Shown: positions 54,157 through 63,059 of the stretch, in pieces
Position numbering within the stretch: the first letter of the stretch is position 1
How the letters are laid out: each line of letters opens with the position of its first letter
DNA from: a virus
IMG/VR virus record: IMGVR_UViG_3300010370_000029
Location: 23,474-87,473 of that record
Direction: 5' to 3' (one strand)
Length of the DNA stretch: 64,000 bases
Made by a program: the position numbers and the translations under genes
Notes under the pieces: model-generated
Told to the model about the DNA's origin: nothing
Database searches by the model: none
The model's input: the letters and a program-made list of their open reading frames with translations, nothing else

Positions 54157-55680
54157 TTATGCACAAGCGTCATTTAAGTCTAAACACTTCCATTCTGCTT
54201 GATTCGTATTACAATTCCACGTTAAATAATATACACCAGTTCCGCATGGGTTGGATGGGACACCAGAACCAGAAGGTCCGGTTAGTCCTTGGTTACCTTG
54301 CGCACCAGTATCCCCTTGTGCTCCTGGTGGGCCGGTTGGTCCGGGTGACCCTGGTGCACCAGTAGCACCTTGTGGACCAGTTGTACCCGTGTTACCAGTT
54401 GGTCCTTGATTACCTTGTGAACCTGTCGGGCCCGTTAATCCAGTAAATCCTTGGAATCCTTGTGGGCCTGTTGGGCCGGTAGGTCCGGTAGGTCCGGTTG
54501 GGCCTTGGTTTCCTTGTGGGCCTTGTCTGCCCTGTGCACCGGTGTCACCTTGCGTACCTTCTGAACCTTGCCGCCCTTGTGGACCCTGATTACCTTGCGG
54601 TCCCTGTCTACCTTGTGGACCAGTTGGACCTGGGTTACCTATATCACCTTGAACACCTTGCGGCCCCTGATTGCCTTGTGGGCCTTGACGGCCTTGTGGA
54701 CCCAAATTGCCTTGTGGTCCCAAATTTCCTTGTGGTCCAAGCGGTCCTTGATTACCTTGTAGTCCAAGCGGTCCTTGGTTGCCCTGAGGGCCTTGTAATC
54801 CTTGATAACCTTGTATACCAGGAAGACCCATTACACCCGCAACACCTTGTGGGCCTTGTCTACCCTGTGGACCTTGGTTACCTTGTGTACCCGCACTTCC
54901 TGGTACACCAGGAAGACCCATAACACCTACATCACCCTGTGGTCCCTGCGGCCCTGCTGGTCCTTGCATACCTTGTACACCAGGAAGACCCATAACACCT
55001 ACATCACCTTGCGGACCTTGACTACCTTGCGGTCCAAATGGTCCTTGGCTACCCTGCATTCCAGGAAGACCCATTACACCAGCAACACCTTGCGAACCAA
55101 TGCCTTGCGGTCCAAATGGTCCTTGTGGTCCTTGGGTACCCTGTATACCAGGAAGACCCATTACACCCGCAACACCTTGTGGACCTTGAATACCTTGTGG
55201 ACCCAAGGGCCCTTGATAACCTTGTATACCAGGAAGACCCATCACGCCAACATCACCTTGACTACCTTGTGGCCCTGTGGGCCCCTGGATGCCTTGATGT
55301 CCTTGTGGGCCTTGTAATCCTTGATATCCTCTTACCCCTTGATGTCCTTGGTCACCTTGAACACCCTGTGGCCCCAGCGGTCCTTGTACGCCAGGCAACC
55401 CCATAACACCGGATTGGCCTTGGGGCCCACTAGAGCCCGTTGAGCCTTGTGCGCCCTGTGGTCCACCTGACGGTCCTTGTGCACCTTGTGGACCTGTATT
55501 TCCTTGTGGTCCGATGCCACCACCGCCAATGATGTGCCCGCCGGGGGTGGTACCATCATGCAATCTTAGTTCATATAAACTAATATCTGCTGATAATTCA
55601 CCCGGCCGGCCAGTATATACATCATTCTGGCCTTGACTACCTCTCAATATTTGAAATTGCGTGATATTATTATCTGGCAT
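54157..55680 (-). CDS. collagen-like fibre protein with an Mtd-N/hyaluronidase-type N-terminal anchor
   Basis: N-terminal Q..RG...YTG..GE...D...LRLHDG.T.GG; about 430 aa of Gly-X-Y (GxQ, GPT); Cys-rich C-terminus. Confidence 0.9.
   Translation of the reverse strand: MPDNNITQFQILRGSQGQNDVYTGRPGELSADISLYELRLHDGTTPGGHIIGGGGIGPQGNTGPQGAQGPSGGPQGAQGSTGSSGPQGQSGVMGLPGVQGPLGPQGVQGDQGHQGVRGYQGLQGPQGHQGIQGPTGPQGSQGDVGVMGLPGIQGYQGPLGPQGIQGPQGVAGVMGLPGIQGTQGPQGPFGPQGIGSQGVAGVMGLPGMQGSQGPFGPQGSQGPQGDVGVMGLPGVQGMQGPAGPQGPQGDVGVMGLPGVPGSAGTQGNQGPQGRQGPQGVAGVMGLPGIQGYQGLQGPQGNQGPLGLQGNQGPLGPQGNLGPQGNLGPQGRQGPQGNQGPQGVQGDIGNPGPTGPQGRQGPQGNQGPQGRQGSEGTQGDTGAQGRQGPQGNQGPTGPTGPTGPTGPQGFQGFTGLTGPTGSQGNQGPTGNTGTTGPQGATGAPGSPGPTGPPGAQGDTGAQGNQGLTGPSGSGVPSNPCGTGVYYLTWNCNTNQAEWKCLDLNDACA
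54270..55515 (-). repeat. Gly-X-Y coding repeats, including 7 GVMGLPG units
   Basis: 9-nt periodicity; recurrent CCAGGAAGACCCAT on the + strand. Confidence 0.85.
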
Positions 55681-55708
55681 AGTATTATAATTAAATTATT
55701 ACCTCTAT

Positions 55709-55717
55709 ATAAATATC
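55709..55717 (-). promoter_or_regulatory. putative late-type promoter of the fibre operon
   Basis: GATATTTAT on the minus strand about 30 nt before ATG 55680. Confidence 0.5.
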
Positions 55718-55761
55718 TGATTATACTGGGTTTAACCAATTATTACCCTTTTATGGAACCA

Positions 55762-55820
55762 GAATATTAATGAAATCTTAATGTTTCTTCACTTTACTTT
55801 TACGTACGGCGGGTTATATT
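55762..55820 (+). promoter_or_regulatory. promoter with tandem 11-bp operator repeats (copy 1)
   Basis: GAATATTAATGAAATCTTAATGTTTCTTCACTTTAC; TTTACT-16-TATATT. Confidence 0.65.
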
Positions 55821-55849
55821 TCATATATAACCTCAAACGACAGGAAACT

Positions 55850-57997
55850 ATGGCTACCAAACATCACAGCTCGTATTGGATTGATGACAACTCTGTGTTC
55901 GATTTCGATTCAACCGACATTAACAAAGAGAATGATGTAAGTTCTGGTATTGACCGCGTGGTGAAGCTTGCTACGATTCGTCGAGCTATTACCAATTTCG
56001 TTCGTATTCTTACGAATGATTCGTCCATCATTGTTAAGTATTCGTCTGGTAAGGAATCGTATACGGATGGTAAGCAGGTGATTATTTCCGCCGACGATAA
56101 TCCGAAAAACTTTGACCCGATGGTGGGACTCGCTCTGCATGAGGGGTCACATTGTCTCCTTTCTGATTTCCCGTTTCTGGCACATATTTCTACGCACCAA
56201 GATGTGTTCTATGCCGCGCTTCATCCGAAGCTTCGGAAGATGGTTAAGTTGCACAAGCTGGATGCGAGTGCTTCCGATTATTATGAGAAGGAGCACCAGA
56301 ACCAGTCGGCGCTTCGTACTTTGTTCCGTCATATCAAGACGTTGATGAATGTTATTGAGGACCGCCGTATTGACTCTTATGTATATAAGATGGCACCGGG
56401 GTATCGTCCGTATTATGACGCGATGTACACCAAGTATTTCTTCAATACGGATGTGGAGAAGAATCTGAAGTATAATCGCGATTGGCGGAAGCCGACTGTT
56501 GAGAATTATGTGAATTGGCTTCTGATGATTTTTTCCCCGCACTTCGACAAGAAGGCGTTGCCGGGTCTTGGCAAGATGGTGAAGATGATTGACTTGCCGA
56601 ACATTCACCGCTTCGATGAGAAGAAGATGCCAGAGTGGACTACGTGGCGGCTGTCTCGTGATGATTCGTTAATCAACCCGATTCTCTCTTTGCGGCATCC
56701 GTCCGATACTCTGCAAGCGTATGACTATGAGCAGTTCCCGCTTCTGTGGAAGATGTCGAATGAGCTGATGATTGAGATTCTAAAGCGTGCAAAGTTCCAC
56801 GCCGATATTGAGGAAGATAGTGAGTCTAACGCGATGGATGGTCTATCTATTGAGTCCGACGAGGATACTGATGATATAAAGAATGAGGGAATGCCGAATT
56901 ACGATCTTCCCCAGAATCGATACAATGAAAAGAAGGCGAATAGTGCGATTGAAAAGATGAAGGATATGATGGACCAGACTGCGAAGAAGAAGAAGCTCAA
57001 GAAGAATGAGCAGACGCAGATTGATTCGATTGATTCTGCTTCGGCGGATATGACGGAAAACTCTGACCCGATTTATGGAAAGATTCCGTGTCTCGTCACG
57101 AAGAAGCTTACGAAGGAGATTATGGTCGCTGATTGGTTCCCGTTCGCTAATAGCTGGGCAATTCGTGACCGCCGTACGTTGAACCACGATTATAATTATA
57201 GTTATCGTGGATTCCTCAATGGGTTGAAGATGGGGCAGATTCTCGCCCACAAGTTGCAAGTTCGTAACGAGCCGCAGATTACACACTTCACTCGTCAAGA
57301 GCACGGCAAGATTGACCGCCGTATCCTCTCACAGCTGGGAATGGATATTGAGAACGTGTTCAAGCGGACTACGGTGGATTCGTACAATCCCGTCCTTCTC
57401 TATCTCTCTGTTGATGCCTCTGGCTCGATGGGTGGCAGAAAGTGGGAACGTGTAATGACGGTGATGACGGCGCTCGCCTACGCTTCCGATAAGATTCGGA
57501 ATCTCGAAGTGGTGATTTCGCTTCGTGGGAATCTTGGAACGGGTATCCCGATGGTCGCCGTGGTGTATGACAGTCGAGTGGATAACTTTGTAAAGGCGAA
57601 GGCACTGTTCCCGTATCTGTGTTCGAATGGGTCTACGCCGGAAGGTCTGTGTTATCCCGCGACGATGGACTTGATTAAGGAGTGCGCTAAGACTCACACT
57701 ACGTACTTTATCAACTTCTCTGATGGTGAGCCGGGGTGCTCATTCAAGCACAATGGTCGGCACTTTGATTATGGTGGTGAGCAGGCGTTTAAGCAGACCA
57801 AGAATTGTGTTCGAGTGATGCGAGAGATGGGTGTTCGGATTATGAGTTATTTCATCAGCGATTATCAGCACCACGAACAGTCATATATCCGTAGAATGTT
57901 TCGTACTATGTACGGACAAGAAGCGGAGTTTGTGGATGTGGCGAGTGTGGTGAATGTCCTAAAAACCTTAAATAAGCTCCTACTGGTCAAGGAATAA
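55850..57997 (+). CDS. VWA-domain protein with N-terminal HExxH domain (CobT-like MoxR partner)
   Basis: LHEGSH, N..EDRRID; MIDAS DASGSM, GSTPE, FSDGEP. Confidence 0.85.
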   Translation: MATKHHSSYWIDDNSVFDFDSTDINKENDVSSGIDRVVKLATIRRAITNFVRILTNDSSIIVKYSSGKESYTDGKQVIISADDNPKNFDPMVGLALHEGSHCLLSDFPFLAHISTHQDVFYAALHPKLRKMVKLHKLDASASDYYEKEHQNQSALRTLFRHIKTLMNVIEDRRIDSYVYKMAPGYRPYYDAMYTKYFFNTDVEKNLKYNRDWRKPTVENYVNWLLMIFSPHFDKKALPGLGKMVKMIDLPNIHRFDEKKMPEWTTWRLSRDDSLINPILSLRHPSDTLQAYDYEQFPLLWKMSNELMIEILKRAKFHADIEEDSESNAMDGLSIESDEDTDDIKNEGMPNYDLPQNRYNEKKANSAIEKMKDMMDQTAKKKKLKKNEQTQIDSIDSASADMTENSDPIYGKIPCLVTKKLTKEIMVADWFPFANSWAIRDRRTLNHDYNYSYRGFLNGLKMGQILAHKLQVRNEPQITHFTRQEHGKIDRRILSQLGMDIENVFKRTTVDSYNPVLLYLSVDASGSMGGRKWERVMTVMTALAYASDKIRNLEVVISLRGNLGTGIPMVAVVYDSRVDNFVKAKALFPYLCSNGSTPEGLCYPATMDLIKECAKTHTTYFINFSDGEPGCSFKHNGRHFDYGGEQAFKQTKNCVRVMREMGVRIMSYFISDYQHHEQSYIRRMFRTMYGQEAEFVDVASVVNVLKTLNKLLLVKE

Positions 57998-58016
57998 AAG
58001 AATAAATCAGAAACAG

Positions 58017-58049
58017 GAAACCTCCACAGAAATGTGGGGGTTTTCTTTT
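58017..58049 (+). terminator. intrinsic terminator
   Basis: AAACCTCCACA-GAAA-TGTGGGGGTTT followed by T-run. Confidence 0.8.
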
Positions 58050-58056
58050 ATTATAT

Positions 58057-58065
58057 TATATTTAT
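58057..58065 (+). promoter_or_regulatory. putative late-type promoter motif
   Basis: TATATTTAT about 30 nt before ATG 58091. Confidence 0.5.
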
Positions 58066-58090
58066 ATACTGACCTCAACTTGGTATACTG

Positions 58091-59455
58091 ATGACGCAAC
58101 ATAAGATTGTAAAGATTCCAGATTGGGTAACCCCAGAAAGTGAAGATTACCTAAATCAGATAGGTAAAGACGGATGGGAGCTGGTCCATCTTTATAATCA
58201 ACATGCATATATGAAGGCTACAACGGGTGGGTCACTTGAAAGTGGTTCACTCAATCCTGCATTAGACGCATTTGGTCGTCAACGCGTTTCTGATGTATTT
58301 ACACTTGGTGACTATAAGCATTTATATACCATCAATGATAACTTTATAGATTTCACCACGGCAAGTGCAGATATACAACACAATGTAAATCAATCATTAG
58401 TTACACTTTCCACTGGCGCAGTATCATCTAGTCGTGCAGTACATCAAACCAAAATGTATCACAACTATATGCCTGGAAAGAGTCAAATGATTCTTAGTAG
58501 TTTTGTGTTTGGTAATGCAGAAGCAGGAGTTACCAAGCGCACTGGGTACTATGATGACTATAATGGTATTTTCTTAGAACAAGACAGAACTGGAAGTTTG
58601 CAATTAGTCATTCGTTCTGCTACAAATGGTACCGCATCACTCACAGAAGAAAGAGTCAAACAAGAAAATTGGAATGTAAATACTTTGTTGTCTGGTAGTT
58701 TCCAATTAGATATGAGTAAAACACAATTATTTTACACTGACTTCCAATGGTTAGCAGTTGGTCGTGTTCGTTGTGGATTCGTATATAAAGGAACAACTAT
58801 TATCTGCCATGTGTTTGACCACACTAACGAATTAGCAATACCGTATATGAGTAATCCAAATCTTCCAGTACGTTGTGAAATATTTAACAACGGTGCAGAA
58901 GCTGGAAGTATGAAACAAATTTGTGCTACTGTTGGTAGTGAAGGTGGATATGCAGAAAGTGGTGTTGCATGGGAACTCAGTAGTCCAACACTTCGTAATG
59001 TTACGGCAAGTGCAACTATGCCAGTAATGGCAATACGATTGAAAAATTCGTATGGTGGATTACAAAATCGTGCATTCGTTCGATTAGAACAAGTTGCCGC
59101 ATTTACCGAAGACCAAACTGCGAGATACAACCTTGTTAAGATTCCAAACTCTGCTTCGCTTGTGGGTGGGTCTTGGGTATCTGTAAATGATGATTCTGTT
59201 GTAGAATATAATGTCGGTGCAACATCATACGTTTCTGGTTCAACTTTCTTAGGTGGATTCATCTTCGCAGGTGGTACTGGTGGTGGTAATAATATCGCAG
59301 GTCAACAACAAACACCCGCACCAAATGCAAAGGGTAACTTCATCGCACAAAATTTCCAAAGTAATGATAGTGAAATCTATGCACTGGTTATGAAGAATAT
59401 GACCGCTACCGCAACAGACGTTGGTTGTTCGATTACCTGGAAGGAAGTTTACTAA
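58091..59455 (+). CDS. conserved phage virion-associated protein (DAFGR.RVS family) with a DUF4177-like N-terminus
   Basis: LN.IG.DGWELV; DAFGRQRVS, Y.PGKSQ, DFQWL.VG.VR.GF, NLPVR.EI, W.E. Confidence 0.65.
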   Translation: MTQHKIVKIPDWVTPESEDYLNQIGKDGWELVHLYNQHAYMKATTGGSLESGSLNPALDAFGRQRVSDVFTLGDYKHLYTINDNFIDFTTASADIQHNVNQSLVTLSTGAVSSSRAVHQTKMYHNYMPGKSQMILSSFVFGNAEAGVTKRTGYYDDYNGIFLEQDRTGSLQLVIRSATNGTASLTEERVKQENWNVNTLLSGSFQLDMSKTQLFYTDFQWLAVGRVRCGFVYKGTTIICHVFDHTNELAIPYMSNPNLPVRCEIFNNGAEAGSMKQICATVGSEGGYAESGVAWELSSPTLRNVTASATMPVMAIRLKNSYGGLQNRAFVRLEQVAAFTEDQTARYNLVKIPNSASLVGGSWVSVNDDSVVEYNVGATSYVSGSTFLGGFIFAGGTGGGNNIAGQQQTPAPNAKGNFIAQNFQSNDSEIYALVMKNMTATATDVGCSITWKEVY

Positions 59456-59496
59456 TTTTCTTGATATATATAATCACACTTAACTGAGTACTTACT

Positions 59497-59703
59497 ATGC
59501 CGTGGAAATATTTTATTTCACCAATTCCATCATCGTCAGCAACAAACACTACCTGGTTAAATGCGGTTGGGTCTAATGTATCCCATTCGTATACTCTTGC
59601 TCCATCCGGAAGTTGGCAACTACTACAAGTAGTTCCGATGTCTCCAGTCATCGAAAACGGAAACGGTTCGGTGATGTGTTATTTTATATCGGGTTCATAC
59701 TAA
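59497..59703 (+). CDS. small hypothetical protein
   Basis: Follows GATATATAT motif at 59463; C-terminus NGSVMCYFISGSY. Confidence 0.55.
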   Translation: MPWKYFISPIPSSSATNTTWLNAVGSNVSHSYTLAPSGSWQLLQVVPMSPVIENGNGSVMCYFISGSY

Positions 59704-59711
59704 ATTAACAT

Positions 59712-59819
59712 ATGGCAAAACCTACAGTTAATGTTAGTGGTGGGGGTGATAGTTCAGTAACTAATATAAATGGTGGCGGCCAAATACTATGTTATATGTT
59801 ATCGGGTTCTAAATATTAA
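59712..59819 (+). CDS. microprotein (35 aa), C-terminus paralogous to the previous ORF
   Basis: GGQILCYMLSGSKY. Confidence 0.45.
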   Translation: MAKPTVNVSGGGDSSVTNINGGGQILCYMLSGSKY

Positions 59820-59840
59820 TTTAAATTAATAATTTATAAT

Positions 59841-59868
59841 AAGGACACCTCCGGGTGTCCTTTTTTAT
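59841..59868 (+). terminator. intrinsic terminator
   Basis: AAGGACACC-TCCG-GGTGTCCTT followed by T-run. Confidence 0.85.
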
Positions 59869-59881
59869 TACTTTATATTAG

Positions 59882-59941
59882 GAATCTTAATGAAATCTTA
59901 ATGTTCGTTCACTTTACAAATACAATTGTGTGGTGTATATT
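59882..59941 (+). promoter_or_regulatory. promoter with tandem 11-bp operator repeats (copy 2)
   Basis: GAATCTTAATGAAATCTTAATGTTCGTTCACTTTAC; TTTACA-17-TATATT. Confidence 0.65.
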
Positions 59942-59979
59942 TCAGTATAATGAAAAACTCCCCACACATTGAGGTAAGC

Positions 59980-61152
59980 ATGAACACGATGATTGTTAAG
60001 GTTCTCGACGATATGACCGCTGTTGACCCGACCGGAAAGGATGTGACCCGTAAGGTTCCTCTCCATTCCCGTAAGCGAGCACTTCAGAACGATTGTGCTC
60101 TCCGTCTGGCTACGACCAAGACAGGTAAGACGCAGTGGCGTGATACCGACCTTACCGACTACGAGGCATTGGTCAAGCAGGCCGTCCCTACCAAAAAGGT
60201 GAATAATGTGAAGAATGAGCTTGAGCAGGATGTCATTGATTTCCTCTCCAAGTGCGAGGAGTTGAAGCCCGACCATCTCATCATTTCCCCGCTCAAGTGG
60301 CGGTATCTGATGCGCTCGGTACTCCGTGGCAAGAATATTCTGATGACCGGCCCTTCGGGGTGTGGTAAGACTCTGGCGGCTCAGACTATCGCCGGTGCGC
60401 TTGACGGTCGTGAGTTCTTCTACTTCAATATCGGTGCCACCCAAGACCCGCGTTCGACGCTTATCGGTAATACCCATTATAGCAAGGACAAGGGTACGTT
60501 CGTCGCCGAGGCTCTGTTCGTCAAGGCGATTCAGACTCCGAACGCCATCATCCTTCTTGACGAGTTGACCCGTGGTCACGCTGACGCCTGGAATATTCTG
60601 ATGACGGTGCTCGACGAGAATCAGCGATATCTCCGAATTGACGAAATGCCGAATACTCCGACGATTAAGGTCGCCAATGGTGTCACCTTCATCGCTACGG
60701 CGAATATCGGAGCTGAGTATACCGCCACTCGCGTTCTTGACCGAGCGATGCTGGACCGATTCGCTTCGATTGTCGAGATGGAGCCGCTCAGTCGGTCGGA
60801 TGAGGTTACCCTTCTCCAGATGACGTATCCCGAGGTCGAGGTCAACCTTGTTGAGTCTATCGCTGAGATTGCCGACCATACCCGTCAGCAGGTTCGTAGT
60901 GAGGATCCGAAGGTCACTACCTCCATTTCGTCACGTATCACGGTCGAGATGGCTGGACTCTTGAATGACGGATTCTCGCTCGCTGAGACGGCTGAGGCCT
61001 GTATCTACCCCTTCTTCTCGAACGCCGGTGGGAACGACTCTGAGCGAACCTACATGCGACAGCTCGTCCAGAAGTACCTCCCCGTGGAGGGTGGGGCCGA
61101 GACTCCGTGGCAGTCGGTCACGGATACCACTAATAATAACTCTAATTTCTAA
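59980..61152 (+). CDS. MoxR/CbbQ/CobS-type AAA+ ATPase
   Basis: GPSGCGKT, LLDELTR, ATANIG, DRAMLDRF, SSR; GAGG RBS before ATG 59980. Confidence 0.9.
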   Translation: MNTMIVKVLDDMTAVDPTGKDVTRKVPLHSRKRALQNDCALRLATTKTGKTQWRDTDLTDYEALVKQAVPTKKVNNVKNELEQDVIDFLSKCEELKPDHLIISPLKWRYLMRSVLRGKNILMTGPSGCGKTLAAQTIAGALDGREFFYFNIGATQDPRSTLIGNTHYSKDKGTFVAEALFVKAIQTPNAIILLDELTRGHADAWNILMTVLDENQRYLRIDEMPNTPTIKVANGVTFIATANIGAEYTATRVLDRAMLDRFASIVEMEPLSRSDEVTLLQMTYPEVEVNLVESIAEIADHTRQQVRSEDPKVTTSISSRITVEMAGLLNDGFSLAETAEACIYPFFSNAGGNDSERTYMRQLVQKYLPVEGGAETPWQSVTDTTNNNSNF

Positions 61153-61164
61153 TACGAGGTCACA

Positions 61165-61431
61165 ATGAGTAATCACGAATTCAGTATCAAGGTTACCGCC
61201 TACGGCAAGACGGTCACTATCGCTCAGGTCGAGGACGCAGTAGATATCCACGAATTCCTTGATATGTGTAAGGCACTCGCTACAGGTATCGGGTTTCTGG
61301 ATGACAGTTGGCAGGATGCGGTGGTCCAACTGGCAGACGAGTATACTGCTGACCGCCGGGCTCCCAATAGGGGTGAGGAGCTTCTTATCCAAACGATGCT
61401 GGGAAAGCACGTCAACGGAACAGAGTGTTAA
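61165..61431 (+). CDS. hypothetical protein
   Basis: GAGG RBS. Confidence 0.65.
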   Translation: MSNHEFSIKVTAYGKTVTIAQVEDAVDIHEFLDMCKALATGIGFLDDSWQDAVVQLADEYTADRRAPNRGEELLIQTMLGKHVNGTEC

Positions 61432-61455
61432 TAAATAGTATTTAACAAAACCCTA

Positions 61456-61485
61456 TTGACAACCTGTGGTCACCCCCACTAGATT
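61456..61485 (+). promoter_or_regulatory. sigma70-type promoter
   Basis: TTGACA-18-TAGATT. Confidence 0.5.
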
Positions 61486-61530
61486 TAATAATAATAGTAG
61501 TATAGATACCAGTATAACAGGAGAGACTAT

Positions 61531-61710
61531 ATGACACGCCATATCATAGCAGACCAATTCCCACATGAATGCAATAGCTGTCGGCGCTCAGTAGTCCCCA
61601 ATAGCAGGAGTGTATACGAAAAGGACGGCAGGTATTTCTGCAGTCTCCAGTGTATCTATACGTACTATGAAGGGGAAAGACCAGCAGAGAATGACGACCT
61701 TATACCATAA
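61531..61710 (+). CDS. TRASH/MYM-like zinc-finger microprotein (59 aa)
   Basis: AGGAG RBS; CNSC...YFCSLQC. Confidence 0.6.
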   Translation: MTRHIIADQFPHECNSCRRSVVPNSRSVYEKDGRYFCSLQCIYTYYEGERPAENDDLIP

Positions 61711-61743
61711 GAACAGTACCGTATATAATATAAAGTGTTATTA

Positions 61744-61794
61744 GATATCAAAGATATATCGGAGTGATATCATTTCTATAGAATAGGGATATCA
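61744..61794. repeat. three phased GATATCA repeats (22-bp period)
   Basis: At 61744, 61766 and 61788 in non-coding DNA. Confidence 0.7.
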
Positions 61795-61891
61795 CGCGCC
61801 GGAGATGCGCTCGTGTTCATCTATCGCGAGCAAAAAAATTTCTGTAGTAGAGCGTGTTTTCTATACAATCTTTTCAATGGAGTTGCGAGAT

Positions 61892-62074
61892 ATGTTCAAA
61901 GTGAATGACTATGTACAAATTATTAATCACTCTGAGCCCGCATGTAATGGGCAATATGGGACGATACATGAAATTCAAGTGGCCTATAATGGTCGTACGC
62001 TCTACTATATGGTCACGCTGGATGATTCCTTTGATGTATGTAGCTGTATTGACGATGAATTGATGGAAGCGTGA
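61892..62074 (+). CDS. KOW/SH3-like small protein
   Basis: FKVND.V.I....GQ.G.I......Y.V.LD......EL. Confidence 0.6.
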   Translation: MFKVNDYVQIINHSEPACNGQYGTIHEIQVAYNGRTLYYMVTLDDSFDVCSCIDDELMEA

Positions 62075-62079
62075 CCGCT

Positions 62080-62160
62080 ATGAACTATGCCGTATTGTAT
62101 TTATTCCTAATTGTACTGGCCCTCGCATTCTTTGCGGGAGCCGATGGAGATGACGAGTAG
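62080..62160 (+). CDS. small membrane peptide (26 aa)
   Basis: MNYAVLYLFLIVLALAFFAG. Confidence 0.4.
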   Translation: MNYAVLYLFLIVLALAFFAGADGDDE

Positions 62161-62211
62161 TCTCCGTTTTATCACTTTTTGACCACGTTTTATCATTTTT
62201 GAGGTATTGTT

Positions 62212-62382
62212 ATGAAAGCTGTAGACATTTATAATTCGCTAGGAAAAGCCGTTGCCGTGCATCCCCACCTGCCAATTGTGGTGCGGGGACTGGATGACAA
62301 TGGGAATGAGGTTGACATCAAGCTCAAGGGTATCGTGCAGTTGGGGAGCGAGCAGTGGGGACCGGTAATCGTACTAAAGTAG
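62212..62382 (+). CDS. hypothetical protein (56 aa)
   Basis: GAGG RBS. Confidence 0.55.
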   Translation: MKAVDIYNSLGKAVAVHPHLPIVVRGLDDNGNEVDIKLKGIVQLGSEQWGPVIVLK

Positions 62383-62515
62383 TCCCCATTCCCGTTAATA
62401 TGTTATAATGACAGGCCGGCTGACATTTTGACTTATTAAATTGTTACAATATTGTTACATTCGTTTTATCATATTTTGACCCCGTTTTATCATTTTTTTG
62501 GGTATTGACTTTTCT

Positions 62516-62689
62516 ATGATTAAAAACATCAAGCGGGACGAGCAGGGCCGTGTGGAGTCCGGCACCTGCCACTGCGGCCACAAGGTGTGGCTCGGTGAAT
62601 TCACCTGTGAGTGCGACCGCTGTGGTCGCCTCTATAACTGGGCAGGGCAGGAGCTCATGCCCGTCGAGCTCTGGGAGGAGGACTACTAG
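62516..62689 (+). CDS. zinc-ribbon microprotein
   Basis: CHCG...CDRCG..YN..GQEL. Confidence 0.6.
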   Translation: MIKNIKRDEQGRVESGTCHCGHKVWLGEFTCECDRCGRLYNWAGQELMPVELWEEDY

Positions 62690-62864
62690 GACCTGTCCAG
62701 CTTTGACGCAGGGGGCTGTCCAGGTTTGACGGTCCCTAATAATATGTTATAATGACAGGCGGGTGCGACATTTTGACATTTAAGCATTAACGCCCCGAAC
62801 AGGTACCGAACTACCGATAACAAGTATTATGTAAAGTGGTTTTATCATTTTGTTTTATCATTTT

Positions 62865-63059
62865 TCACGCCGGCCGTACATCGTCGGAACGGATGACGGC
62901 ACAGCGCCCCATCACCCCGAGGGCATCCCGATATCCCATGCGTCTCGCTTCCTTTATACTATTAGCGACCACAATGGTCTGCCACGTATAGTGCGCAGTC
63001 TTGCAGGTATAGACCCACTGCTTGCGCCCCGATAGGTGGGGGAGTTTTTTAGTTATCAT
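62865..63059 (-). CDS. hypothetical protein
   Basis: ATGA overlap with the upstream minus-strand ORF. Confidence 0.5.
   Translation of the reverse strand: MITKKLPHLSGRKQWVYTCKTAHYTWQTIVVANSIKEARRMGYRDALGVMGRCAVIRSDDVRPA

Larger units (their letters stand above)
62165..62860. repeat. dispersed iteron-like repeats
   Basis: CGTTTTATCA at 62165/62186 and 62462/62483, GTTTTATCA at 62839/62852; TAATATGTTATAATGACAGGC at 62396 and 62740; CTGTCCAGsTTTGACG at 62693 and 62716. Confidence 0.8.

Noticed and set aside
54157-57997. Direct binding of the VWA protein to the collagen GVMGLP motifs
   Set aside because: The VWA protein is CobT-like, has a different promoter class and shares its regulatory element with the MoxR ATPase; the adjacency is probably coincidental
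59914-60879. 321-aa antisense ORF, and the other antisense or alternate-frame ORFs in the track (e.g. 54498-55406, 63380-63835)
   Set aside because: These are shadows of codon-biased or repetitive genes on the opposite strand or frame, with no recognisable motifs
55850-61152. Cobalamin biosynthesis (cobS/cobT) to feed NrdJ
   Set aside because: No cobN or other cob genes; MoxR/VWA pairs are common chaperone-like modules in T4-like phages
62165-62860. CRISPR array or DnaA-box cluster
   Set aside because: The repeats are short, irregularly spaced and interleaved with ORFs; the motif differs from TTATCCACA
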